39,667 nt of DNA, from positions 1-39,667 of the forward strand of contig CALVTV010000034.1 of assembly GCA_944363005.1 (NCBI GenBank), in the 5' to 3' direction. This DNA comes from an uncultured Clostridia bacterium. GTDB taxonomy: Bacteria > Bacillota > Clostridia > Christensenellales > Aristaeellaceae. Position 1 is the first letter of the stretch, and every line of letters starts with the position of its first letter. Position numbers and translations under genes: made by a program. The notes beneath the pieces are model-generated. The model ran no database searches and was not told where the DNA came from. It saw only the letters and a list, made by a program, of their open reading frames with translations. Positions 9,078-20,329 of this stretch are shown piece after piece.

Positions 9078-9086
9078 TGCTATAAT
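9078..9086 (+). promoter_or_regulatory. extended -10 element for the M28 peptidase gene
   Basis: TGCTATAAT lies 25 nt upstream of ATG 9111. The -35 is weak (TTTCTT). Confidence 0.4.
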
Positions 9087-9110
9087 GGACCTCATAAGGA
9101 GGGGACAGCC

Positions 9111-10073
9111 ATGCACGCCGATCAAATTTGCCAAATCTTGCTCGATCACTTTCAGGTGAGAAAGACTGTCGCGCAGAAGGAAGCCTTTGCAAATTGGGTC
9201 TGTGCGTACGCCCAATCGTTGGGGCTTTTAATGCGCACAGAGCGCAGCGGCCGTTGGGTGGATACGCGCAACCTCATCGTAGGTGATGTGGACCGGGCCA
9301 ACGTGCTGATCACCGCGCACTACGATACCTGTGCGCGCCTGCCCTTCCCCAACGTGATTACGCCGCAATGCTGGCCTATTTTATTGGTGACGCAGATTCT
9401 TTTGCCCGTACTCGCTTTCACATGCCTCGGCTTTATCGGCGGTTATTGCACGGGAAAGCTCCTGCTTCATGGGGATGCGTCCGGCATTTGGCGCCTGCTC
9501 GCTGCTTGCGGAGCGTCGCTTGTGGCCATTGGCCTGATTGCCGGTTTGCTCTACCTCATGCTCGCCGGTCCGGCCAATCCGCACACCGCAAACGATAACA
9601 CATCCGGAACGGCGCTCGTTCTGCTCTGTATGCAACAATTCGCGAAGCGAAAAGACGTGGCGTTTGTCCTCTTTGACAACGAAGAAAAGGGGCTACTCGG
9701 ATCGTCTGCATTCGCCAGCGCCCACCCCGCCGCAGCAAAGCGAACATTCGTCGTCAATCTCGATTGTGTCGGGGACGGCGATACGCTGCTCTTTACAGGG
9801 AGTAAAGCCGCCATGAAATGTGCCACAGCGAAACGAATTGCGGCGATCCTGGAAGAATGCGCCGCACAGCATGGCATGCGCAGCTGCTCGGGCGCTTTTC
9901 CCGGGACGCTATACCCCTCCGATCAGATGGTCTTTACGCGGGGCTCCGCATTTGCCGCACTCAAGGGCCGGCGAATTCTCTACATCGACCGGATTCATAC
10001 CCCTGCCGATACGCAGCTTCAGACCCGAAACCTGCTCTGCCTGCTGGACGTTCTCTCGCATGCGCTTGCATAA
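9111..10073 (+). CDS. M28 family metallopeptidase with an internal hydrophobic insertion
   Basis: M28 metal-ligand motifs are present (ITAHYDT, ANDNTSG, DNEEKGLLGS). ATG 9111 is preceded by AAGGAGGGGA. Two hydrophobic helices sit between the first two motifs. Confidence 0.7.
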   Translation: MHADQICQILLDHFQVRKTVAQKEAFANWVCAYAQSLGLLMRTERSGRWVDTRNLIVGDVDRANVLITAHYDTCARLPFPNVITPQCWPILLVTQILLPVLAFTCLGFIGGYCTGKLLLHGDASGIWRLLAACGASLVAIGLIAGLLYLMLAGPANPHTANDNTSGTALVLLCMQQFAKRKDVAFVLFDNEEKGLLGSSAFASAHPAAAKRTFVVNLDCVGDGDTLLFTGSKAAMKCATAKRIAAILEECAAQHGMRSCSGAFPGTLYPSDQMVFTRGSAFAALKGRRILYIDRIHTPADTQLQTRNLLCLLDVLSHALA

Positions 10074-10312
10074 ACCGCGTTATTCTGTAACACCCACCCG
10101 CTTTTGAATCAGGCAACTCACTCCCTCACCGCATGATGTGACATGAAATTTGCTTAAATATGAATTTTAGTTCATAAATTTATGACTTTTCTTCGCAAAA
10201 AAGAAGGAAATATCCATCCTAAGTGGAATATAGTATACAAACGGGTCATATTATGGTGGAGGAAGTCGGAATCCGGTTCAAATTATGGAAGGGATGGAAC
10301 GTCGTGGGATGG

Positions 10313-10723
10313 ATGCAGAAGGCTGGAAAGCCTGATTTTAGTGGCTTGCGTTTTCTAATTGCGGAGGACAATCCGCTGTATGCGGATCTGATGATGGAGT
10401 TGCTCGCGCTTCGGCACGCAACGGTATACCACGCATCGAACGGAATGGAAGCGGTTCGCATGCTGCGGGAAAGGATATACGATGCGGTGCTGATGGATGT
10501 GCGCATGCCTGGCATGGATGGATACGAAACGACGAAAGCCATTCGCGCCCTGGACAGCACGCAGAATGGGCAGGTGCCCGTGTTTGCCATGACCGCAAGC
10601 ACGGATGAGCGGGACAAACGCTCCGCCCTCGAAGCGGGGATGAACGCTTTTCTGACCAAACCGCTGGAAATGGCGGCTTTTGACGAAGCGCTTGGGGAGG
10701 CGCTGCCTGCTTATGTCGGATGA
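10313..10723 (+). CDS. stand-alone response-regulator receiver (REC) domain protein
   Basis: CheY-like motifs are present (FLIAEDNP, VLMDVRMPGMDG with the phospho-acceptor Asp, FAMTAS, FLTKP). There is no output domain. The start is uncertain among ATG 10313, GTG 10304 and ATG 10253. Confidence 0.75.
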   Translation: MQKAGKPDFSGLRFLIAEDNPLYADLMMELLALRHATVYHASNGMEAVRMLRERIYDAVLMDVRMPGMDGYETTKAIRALDSTQNGQVPVFAMTASTDERDKRSALEAGMNAFLTKPLEMAAFDEALGEALPAYVG

Positions 10724-10889
10724 TGCAGCGCCTGCGCCCATTCATACCGATTCAAACCCGAATCGGTTCAAGCACGCGAAGTAGGCGTATCCGGGAGAAT
10801 GCTCCTCGGGCATGTTTGAGCAGCAGCTCATCGTTTTGCGAAGTAAAACACAATTGCAATGCCACCAATTGGGGTTCCGAAAAGATGAA

Positions 10890-10927
10890 AATAAAAAAAG
10901 AGATGCCGCGGATAAAACCCTCCGCAG
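10890..10927 (-). terminator. possible weak terminator downstream of prs
   Basis: On the minus strand, the 7-bp stem CTGCGGA/TCCGCGG is followed after 6 nt by TTTTTTTATTTT. It lies 34 nt beyond the prs stop. Confidence 0.35.
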
Positions 10928-10960
10928 GCAACTCCTTTTGTTTTCCCTTTTACCGTGCAA

Positions 10961-12154
10961 TCAATCGTTGTGCTCCGCGCGATAGCGGGTCAGCAGCTTT
11001 TCAATGCGCTTCCACGGATCGAGCAGATACGCCAAAGACTGATCGTGATTGAGCGTAGCGATGACAAACGCCATGTACTTGCTCATATCCGCCTGGCTGA
11101 ACCACGGCGCGTCGAGCACGTGCTGCGGCGTATACGTGAGGTTCGTGGCAAACACATGGTCGATCACGCCTTCGCTATACGCCTTGTTGAACGAATCCAG
11201 ACCGCTGGTGAAGAAGGCAAATGTGGCGCCCGCAAACACGCGCTTTGCCCCGCGCTTTTTGAGGTTATACGCCAGGTCAAGCATCGATTCACCGGAAGCG
11301 ATGATGTCGTCCGCAACGAAAACATCCTTCCCCTCGACGCTATCGCCCATGTACTCATGCGCAATGATCGGGTTACGGCCATTGACAACCTGGGTATAAT
11401 CGCGGCGCTTGTAGAACATGCCCAGATCCACACCCATGGCAGAGCTATAGTAGATATTGCGGCCGATGGCGCCCTCATCCGGCGAGATGACCATCATGTG
11501 TTCCTTGTCGATCTTCAGATCGTCATAGGTATGGCACATGGCCTTGAGCATCTGATAGGTGGGCATGATGCTCTCAAATCCATTGAGCGGAATGGCGTTT
11601 TGTACCCGCGGGTCATGCGCATCGAATGTGATGATATTGGCCACGCCCATCGCCACAAGCTCCTGAAGCATGACCGCGCAATCCATCGATTCGCGCGCCG
11701 TGCGCCGGTGCTGGCGTCCCTCGTAGAGCATTGGCATAATCACGTTGATGCGGTACGCCTTGCCGCTGACCGCCGCAATGATGCGTTTGAGGTCTGCGTA
11801 ATGCTCATCAGGCGTCATCGGGATTTCCTGCCCGTACAGCTTATAGGTGCATTGATACGCGCACACGTCGCAGATGATGTACAGATCATATCCACGAACC
11901 GTGCTCAGCAGCATACCCTTGCCTTCGCCCGTTCCAAAGCGCGGGCAGGTGGCTTCAAGCAGAAAACCGTTGGCTTCCGTACCAAAGAAGCTGTGCAGTT
12001 CCTCCGCCGTGGAGGTATCCACCTGCCAGTTCATCAGGTACTCGTTGACGCGTTTTCCCATTTCCTCACAGCCGCGCATGGCAATGATGCCAAGCGGAGC
12101 AACCGGCCGCATCGGAAACTTCTGAGACGCTGCGATGGTTTGACTCTCTCTCAT
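10961..12154 (-). CDS. prs: ribose-phosphate pyrophosphokinase (long-form PRPP synthetase)
   Basis: 397 aa with the PRPP-binding loop (VFVADDIIASGESM) and Prs-like core. ATG 12154 is preceded by GAAGGGGA. Confidence 0.85.
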   Translation of the reverse strand: MRESQTIAASQKFPMRPVAPLGIIAMRGCEEMGKRVNEYLMNWQVDTSTAEELHSFFGTEANGFLLEATCPRFGTGEGKGMLLSTVRGYDLYIICDVCAYQCTYKLYGQEIPMTPDEHYADLKRIIAAVSGKAYRINVIMPMLYEGRQHRRTARESMDCAVMLQELVAMGVANIITFDAHDPRVQNAIPLNGFESIMPTYQMLKAMCHTYDDLKIDKEHMMVISPDEGAIGRNIYYSSAMGVDLGMFYKRRDYTQVVNGRNPIIAHEYMGDSVEGKDVFVADDIIASGESMLDLAYNLKKRGAKRVFAGATFAFFTSGLDSFNKAYSEGVIDHVFATNLTYTPQHVLDAPWFSQADMSKYMAFVIATLNHDQSLAYLLDPWKRIEKLLTRYRAEHND

Positions 12155-12200
12155 GCTGATTCCCCTTCTTCAGTAATCGGGTTGGACAACAGACAGCTTC

Positions 12201-12209
12201 ATTATAACA
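12201..12209 (-). promoter_or_regulatory. extended -10 element upstream of prs
   Basis: The minus strand reads TGTTATAAT about 47 nt upstream of the prs ATG. I could not find a convincing -35. Confidence 0.35.
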
Positions 12210-12353
12210 CATCTTTACGGCCTAATACGCACGGTTCCATATTTTTCTAAAAAATTCGTCTTCTTGCGACAATTTTACGCAAACTTTACGTCCACCGTTC
12301 ACCATCTTGCGTATTCTTTCACATAAAGTGTTTTTTCGCAATGCCGCTTTCCC

Positions 12354-12382
12354 TTGACCTGCCTCAAGCGCCTTGGTATAAT
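12354..12382 (+). promoter_or_regulatory. sigma-A type promoter for murG
   Basis: TTGACC (12354-12359), a 17-nt spacer ending in TG, then TATAAT (12377-12382). Confidence 0.6.
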
Positions 12383-12407
12383 GAGGTGACATAACCATAG
12401 AGGGGGC

Positions 12408-13472
12408 TTGACTTTGAAGCGCATCATTCTGACCGGGGGCGGTACCGCCGGCCACGTCTCCCCCAATCAGGCGCTGATCCCGCTGCTTGAGCGCGAAGGT
12501 TGGGAAATCCACTACATCGGCACCAAATCCGGCATCGAGCGCACACTCATTGAACCCATGCCGGAAGTCACCTACCACGCCGTCAGCTCGGGCAAGCTGC
12601 GCCGTTATTTTGACCTCAAAAACTTCACCGATCCGTTCCGCGTCATCGCCGGCGCTTTTCAGAGCTTTTCCATCATTCGTAGTCTTCAGCCGTCCATCGT
12701 CTTTTCCAAGGGCGGCTTTGTCAGCGTGCCGGTCGTCATGGGCGCCGCGTTGTGCGGCGTTCCCGTCGTCATGCACGAAAGCGATATCACGCCGGGCCTG
12801 GCCAACAAACTCTGCAAGCCCTTTGCCAAAGCCGTCTGTACGACTTTCCCGGAGTGCGCCAAACTTCTGGGGGACAAAGGCGTGCAAACCGGGACCCCGC
12901 TTCGCGCCCAAATTCTCTCCGGCAACCGGGCGCGCGGATTGGCTCTGGCCGGTTTTCAAGGTGACAAACCCGTTCTCATGATGATCGGCGGTTCTCTGGG
13001 CGCGCAGAGCGTCAACGCCGTGTTGCGTGAAGCCCTGCCCGCGCTCACAAAAACCTACGATGTGCTCCATATTTGCGGAAAGGGGAACCTGGCCGCGGAA
13101 CTGGAGGGAACTCCCGGATACAAGCAGTTTGAGTATCTGACGGAAGCGCTGCCCGACGCCTATGCCTGTGCGGACATTCTGCTCTCGCGTGCCGGCTCCA
13201 ATTCCCTCTCCGAGATCCTGGCCCTGAAAAAGCCCGCGCTGCTCATTCCCTATCACAGCGGCCGCGGCGATCAGCTTCTCAATGCGCGTTCGCTTCAGGA
13301 ACGGGGGCTCGCGCATGTCATGGTGCAAAGCGATCTGAACGCACAATCGTTGCCGCCCGCTATCGATGCGCTCTGGGAAGACCGGGAACTGCTCATGCAG
13401 CGCATGAACGCGCTCCCCGATGCCGACGGCACACAAGCCGTTCTGGCCCAAATTCACAAATACGCGAAATGA
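12408..13472 (+). CDS. murG: UDP-GlcNAc:lipid I N-acetylglucosaminyltransferase MurG
   Basis: 354 aa with the GGGTAGHVSPN N-terminal loop and a C-terminal GT28 domain (SRAGSNSLSE). Starts at TTG, preceded by AGAGGGGG. Confidence 0.9.
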   Translation: MTLKRIILTGGGTAGHVSPNQALIPLLEREGWEIHYIGTKSGIERTLIEPMPEVTYHAVSSGKLRRYFDLKNFTDPFRVIAGAFQSFSIIRSLQPSIVFSKGGFVSVPVVMGAALCGVPVVMHESDITPGLANKLCKPFAKAVCTTFPECAKLLGDKGVQTGTPLRAQILSGNRARGLALAGFQGDKPVLMMIGGSLGAQSVNAVLREALPALTKTYDVLHICGKGNLAAELEGTPGYKQFEYLTEALPDAYACADILLSRAGSNSLSEILALKKPALLIPYHSGRGDQLLNARSLQERGLAHVMVQSDLNAQSLPPAIDALWEDRELLMQRMNALPDADGTQAVLAQIHKYAK

Positions 13473-13497
13473 CTTCGCAATAAGATCAGTATCAACG

Positions 13498-13537
13498 ATA
13501 AACGGCGCAGGCCTAAGCCTGCGCCGCTTGTTATTTT
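13498..13537. terminator. bidirectional intrinsic terminator between murG and the SH3b gene
   Basis: The perfect 9-bp stem GGCGCAGGC/GCCTGCGCC (13504-13525) has T-rich flanks on both strands. Confidence 0.8.
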
Positions 13538-14898
13538 GCGCTGTATGTCTGGGTTTCTACATTGGAGTCAATTTGCAACACGTCGACCACATAATCGCGA
13601 ACAAATCCCTGCGTGAGTCCCGATTCAGTCGCCACCTCATACCAAATCTGACCGTATTCATCCTCATACTTGGCAAAGATGTTCACCCGGTTGCCCTCGC
13701 TGAGCTGACGGGCAATCTTGGCGCTGGAACTGGGCGCTTCGCGCACATTGGCATTGCGGTTGGTCTTGGCTTGACCGATCACCGTTCTTCCGCCCTGCTC
13801 CGTTACCTGAATGGCCTTGTCCAACGTAATCACATAATCGCGCGCGTAACCCGTTGTCGTTCCATCCTGTACCTGAATCTGATACCAAACATTTCCGACG
13901 CTATCTGTGATTTTCGCGAGAATATCGACGGCCTTTCCCTTGCTCAGCGTAGTGAGCACAGGGCCGTTCTCCTCCGTGCGCACATTCGCGTCACGGTTGG
14001 TCTTGCCCGTACCAATCACGCTGATGCTGGACGTCCCGTTTCCGGCTGGCGTCGCGGTAGGCGTGGCCTCTGTTGGCGCTTCCAGCTCGCCTTCCACATC
14101 GACGACGTAATCCCGCATATAGCCATCCGTATCCAGGTCGTCAACCGTCAATGCATACCAAATCTTTCCATCCTTATCGGTTATCACCTCGTGAATGGTC
14201 ACCGTTTGGCCCTTTTTCACCGTCTTTTTCACCTTGCCGGTGGAAGAAGCCGTCTCCCGCAGGTTCGCATCGCGGTTAGTCTCTCCCTTCGCCAATTCAG
14301 CAACCGGTGTCGGGCTCGGCGTGGGGCTGGGTGTGGGGCTAGGGCTCGGCGTAGGAGTCGGGCTCGGTGTCGGCGTATTCGTCAGGATGATCGGCAGTTC
14401 TGTCTGCACCGGGGTGGGGGTAGGCGTGGCAACGACTGGCGTTTGTGTTTCCGTAACGATGATGACCGGTACCTCAGTCTGTACAGGCTGCACGGTATTC
14501 GTCGCCTGCGGTGTGCTCTCCGGCACCACAGTAACCGTTGCGACCGGCGCTTGCGTCGTATCCGTCACAGGGCCAAACACGATCGAAGAAGGCGCCTGTG
14601 TAGCCACATCCCCAATCTCCGGCGAATTCAGGCTTCCAGGAAGCTGCTGTGTCTCCGGCTCCTGATTCATAACAATGCGCACAACCAAAAGTGCCAGCAC
14701 CACCACCAGCAGCACTGCGACGACAGCCAACACCACCTTGCCTTGCAAGCTGGAGAAAAAGCCTCCTCGATTTTGCGGCTCATCGTCGTACGAATCGTCA
14801 TACATTTCATCGTCTTCGTACTCGTCAAGCGGAATATCGTCATACGGACTGGAGCGCTGCACGCTCTTGTCTTCGTCGAATTCGTGCTTCTTTGACAT
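13531..14898 (-). CDS. membrane-anchored protein with three bacterial SH3 (SH3b) repeats
   Basis: It has an acidic cytoplasmic N-terminus, one TM helix (VVLAVVAVLLVVVLALLVV) and a Pro/Thr linker. Three SH3b-like repeats follow (G.TNR[DN]ANVR...G..V.I......G..WY.....G..GY.RDYV). ATG 14898 is preceded by GAAGGGGAAG. Confidence 0.75.
   Translation of the reverse strand: MSKKHEFDEDKSVQRSSPYDDIPLDEYEDDEMYDDSYDDEPQNRGGFFSSLQGKVVLAVVAVLLVVVLALLVVRIVMNQEPETQQLPGSLNSPEIGDVATQAPSSIVFGPVTDTTQAPVATVTVVPESTPQATNTVQPVQTEVPVIIVTETQTPVVATPTPTPVQTELPIILTNTPTPSPTPTPSPSPTPSPTPSPTPVAELAKGETNRDANLRETASSTGKVKKTVKKGQTVTIHEVITDKDGKIWYALTVDDLDTDGYMRDYVVDVEGELEAPTEATPTATPAGNGTSSISVIGTGKTNRDANVRTEENGPVLTTLSKGKAVDILAKITDSVGNVWYQIQVQDGTTTGYARDYVITLDKAIQVTEQGGRTVIGQAKTNRNANVREAPSSSAKIARQLSEGNRVNIFAKYEDEYGQIWYEVATESGLTQGFVRDYVVDVLQIDSNVETQTYSAK
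14305..14376. repeat. degenerate short tandem repeat encoding a (PTPS)n linker
   Basis: Reiterated GGGCTCGG/GTGGGGCT units translate on the minus strand to TPTPSPTPTPSPSPTPSPTPSPTP. Confidence 0.6.
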
Positions 14899-14942
14899 GT
14901 TTCTTCCCCTTCCCCATCCCATGGATGTATTTACGTAATCTT

Positions 14943-14971
14943 ATTATAAAGTTTTACGCACACAGTTGCAA
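14943..14971 (-). promoter_or_regulatory. sigma-A type promoter for the SH3b gene
   Basis: The minus strand reads TTGCAA (14971-14966), a 17-nt spacer, then TATAAT (14948-14943). Confidence 0.55.
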
Positions 14972-15023
14972 GCCTTTTCTCTCCTGCCGGCGATTTTTAA
15001 CCTGCCATTTTCCTCCATTGGAC

Positions 15024-15057
15024 ATAAGAAAGAACCGCCCCCGTACGGAGGCGGTTC
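15024..15057 (-). terminator. intrinsic terminator of the PFOR gene
   Basis: The perfect 8-bp stem GAACCGCC/GGCGGTTC (15032-15057) is followed on the minus strand by TTTCTT. It lies 24 nt beyond the stop. Confidence 0.75.
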
Positions 15058-15080
15058 GAATCACCGTGATTGGGAAAGAA

Positions 15081-18653
<3,573 letters not shown>

Positions 18654-18655
18654 CT

Positions 18656-18684
18656 ATTATAGCCTTCCGGGAAAATCATGTCAA
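18656..18684 (-). promoter_or_regulatory. sigma-A type promoter for the PFOR gene
   Basis: The minus strand reads TTGACA (18684-18679), a 17-nt spacer, then TATAAT (18661-18656). Confidence 0.6.
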
Positions 18685-18844
18685 GGCTGGCCGGGAAATT
18701 CCCCCTCTTTTTTGTGGATTTGCGGCGATTCCCCGCGCATTTTTTCCGTCCGATCGTGTATCGTTTGTGCAGAAAAATACAAACGTCATTTCTGCGCACC
18801 ATCCACCAAATTTTCGGTCTGATTCTCTTTGTTTTTCTCTTCTC

Positions 18845-18873
18845 TTGACAAACCCCCTCGCCCATCTTACAAT
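18845..18873 (+). promoter_or_regulatory. sigma-A type promoter for the TauE/SafE permease gene
   Basis: TTGACA (18845-18850), a 17-nt spacer, then TACAAT (18868-18873). Confidence 0.6.
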
Positions 18874-18915
18874 GAGCGGGATGTTTTCATTTTACCATAC
18901 GAAAGGAGCTTCTTC

Positions 18916-19689
18916 ATGACGCTCACGCCCTTGCATTTTCTGATCGTCTGTCCGCTCGTGTTCGCCGCAGGTTTTGTGGATTCGATTGCCGGCGGCGGCG
19001 GCCGGATTTCCCTTCCCGCTTACCTGATCAGCGGAATACCCGTTCACGCCTGCATCGCCACCAACAAGCTGTCTTCTTCAATGGGCACCGTCGTTTCAAC
19101 CACGCGCTACGCACGGGCCGGGTATATCGACTGGCACCTCTCCGTATTCTGCGTGATCGCGGCGCTCATCGGCGCGGCGCTCGGCGCCAACATCGCCCTG
19201 ATGATCGACGCCACGCTCTTTCGCATTCTGATGTTGATCATTCTTCCGCTGACCGCGCTGTACGTTCTTCGCAAAAAGGACCTGTTTCCCAAGGATCAAG
19301 CGCGCAAGATTTCCTTTGCCCGCATGGCCGTTTTGTCCTCGATCATCGCTTTTTTTCTGGGCATGTACGACGGCTTTTACGGACCGGGCACGGGAACGTT
19401 CCTGATCCTGCTGCTCACGCGCTTTGCGCATATGGATCTGCAACACGCCAACGGCATCACCAAGGCAATCAATCTCTCCAGCAACGTAGCCTCGCTGATC
19501 GTCTACCTGATCAACGGCCAGGTGCTCATGATGCTGGGCCTGATCGCAGGCGCCTTCTGCATCCTGGGCAATTACATCGGTTCGCGCTGCTTTACGCGCA
19601 AGGGCGCGGATATTGCCCGTCCAATCATCCTGTTCGTGCTGGTTCTCTTCTTCGCCCGCACCATTCTTGAAATGGCAGGCATCATGTAA
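18916..19689 (+). CDS. TauE/SafE (TSUP) family sulfite/anion exporter
   Basis: Polytopic membrane protein with the FVDSIAGGGG motif. ATG 18916 is preceded by GAAAGGAG. Confidence 0.8.
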   Translation: MTLTPLHFLIVCPLVFAAGFVDSIAGGGGRISLPAYLISGIPVHACIATNKLSSSMGTVVSTTRYARAGYIDWHLSVFCVIAALIGAALGANIALMIDATLFRILMLIILPLTALYVLRKKDLFPKDQARKISFARMAVLSSIIAFFLGMYDGFYGPGTGTFLILLLTRFAHMDLQHANGITKAINLSSNVASLIVYLINGQVLMMLGLIAGAFCILGNYIGSRCFTRKGADIARPIILFVLVLFFARTILEMAGIM

Positions 19690-19701
19690 ATAGAATCATA
19701 C

Positions 19702-19735
19702 AAAAAGCCCCCGGCCACAGGCTGGGGGCTTATTT
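19702..19735. terminator. bidirectional intrinsic terminator (TauE gene / zinc-ribbon gene)
   Basis: A roughly 12-bp GC-rich stem (AAGCCCCCGGCC/GGCTGGGGGCTT) is followed by a T run on the minus strand and by ATTTCA on the plus strand. Confidence 0.8.
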
Positions 19736-19741
19736 CATCAA

Positions 19742-20038
19742 TCAATAGCGGGGCGCGCGACGGGCGGCGTAGCACTCGCTGCAATAGATGGGTCGGTCGT
19801 TCTTCGGGATGAAAGGCACGCGGGTCGGAGCGCCACACTGCGCACAGGTGGTCTCGTACATTTCGCGCTGCTGAGCCTCACCGGTAGCCGGGCGGCTGTT
19901 CTTACGGGCGATGCGGCAGGCCTTGCAGCGAGTCGGCTCATTCTGGAAGCCCTTCTCCGCATAGAACTCCTGCTCACCCGCGGTGAACACAAATTCCTGG
20001 CCACAGTCTCTGCAGGTCAAAGTCTTGTCCTGATACAT
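19742..20038 (-). CDS. CxxC-x17-CxxC zinc-ribbon domain protein
   Basis: 98 aa with two CxxC...CxxC units (CRDCGQEF...CKACR and CAQCG...CSECY). ATG 20038 is preceded by GGAGGGGA. Confidence 0.75.
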   Translation of the reverse strand: MYQDKTLTCRDCGQEFVFTAGEQEFYAEKGFQNEPTRCKACRIARKNSRPATGEAQQREMYETTCAQCGAPTRVPFIPKNDRPIYCSECYAARRAPRY

Positions 20039-20061
20039 GGGATATTCCCCTCCGAAAAAAA

Positions 20062-20294
20062 TAGAGATCGGTATGACGAATCGGCTGACCTGGTCTTTGA
20101 CCCCACACTCGCCGCCTGGAACGTTCGCTCATACACAATTGCTGTGCCCCACTACTGGCCCTCTCAGGGAAAATTCCCCTGGACGGACTTACATCTAAGC
20201 CGCACCATGCTCCCCGGCGCTTTGGCCGGATTACGTGGATCGTTTTGCCTGCGACTGGCATCGACTTTCAACCACAGACCCGATCTAATCATCC
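20062..20294 (-). ncRNA. candidate structured noncoding RNA or long leader downstream of comFC (raiA-motif position); boundaries approximate
   Basis: A GC-rich stretch of about 235 nt has no credible ORF. It is transcribed from its own consensus promoter (20301-20329) and has several local hairpins plus a possible closing helix, AGATCGG/CCGATCT. It ends at a T run just before the zinc-ribbon RBS. Identity was not verified. Confidence 0.3.
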
Positions 20295-20300
20295 TTCCAC

Positions 20301-20329
20301 ATTATACGAGCAAAGCCAAAATATTGCAA
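20301..20329 (-). promoter_or_regulatory. sigma-A type promoter driving the noncoding segment and zinc-ribbon gene
   Basis: The minus strand reads TTGCAA (20329-20324), a 17-nt spacer, then TATAAT (20306-20301). Confidence 0.6.

Noticed and set aside
10746-10767. Hairpin ACCGATTC-aaaccc-GAATCGGT after the REC gene, considered as a terminator
   Set aside because: It is a perfect 8-bp stem but no T run follows it on the plus strand. It may still act as an RNA stabiliser or a Rho-related element, but I cannot call it an intrinsic terminator.
14305-14376. Short tandem repeats that might suggest a CRISPR or minisatellite locus
   Set aside because: They are in-frame codon repeats for a Pro/Thr/Ser linker inside a well-supported gene. 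There are no spacers and no repeat-spacer periodicity.
15048-15066. tRNA-like T-loop sequence GGCGGTTCGAATCACCG
   Set aside because: The flanks do not pair as a T stem (GGCGG against CACCG) and no acceptor, D or anticodon arms can be drawn. The GGCGGTTC is the 3' arm of the PFOR terminator hairpin.
20101-20125. ZTP (pfl)-like CCGCCTGG element on the plus strand, plus c-di-GMP-I-like and cobalamin-like fragments in the comFC-downstream region
   Set aside because: These are isolated short matches without the partner elements of those riboswitch classes. The plus-strand orientation has no downstream gene.
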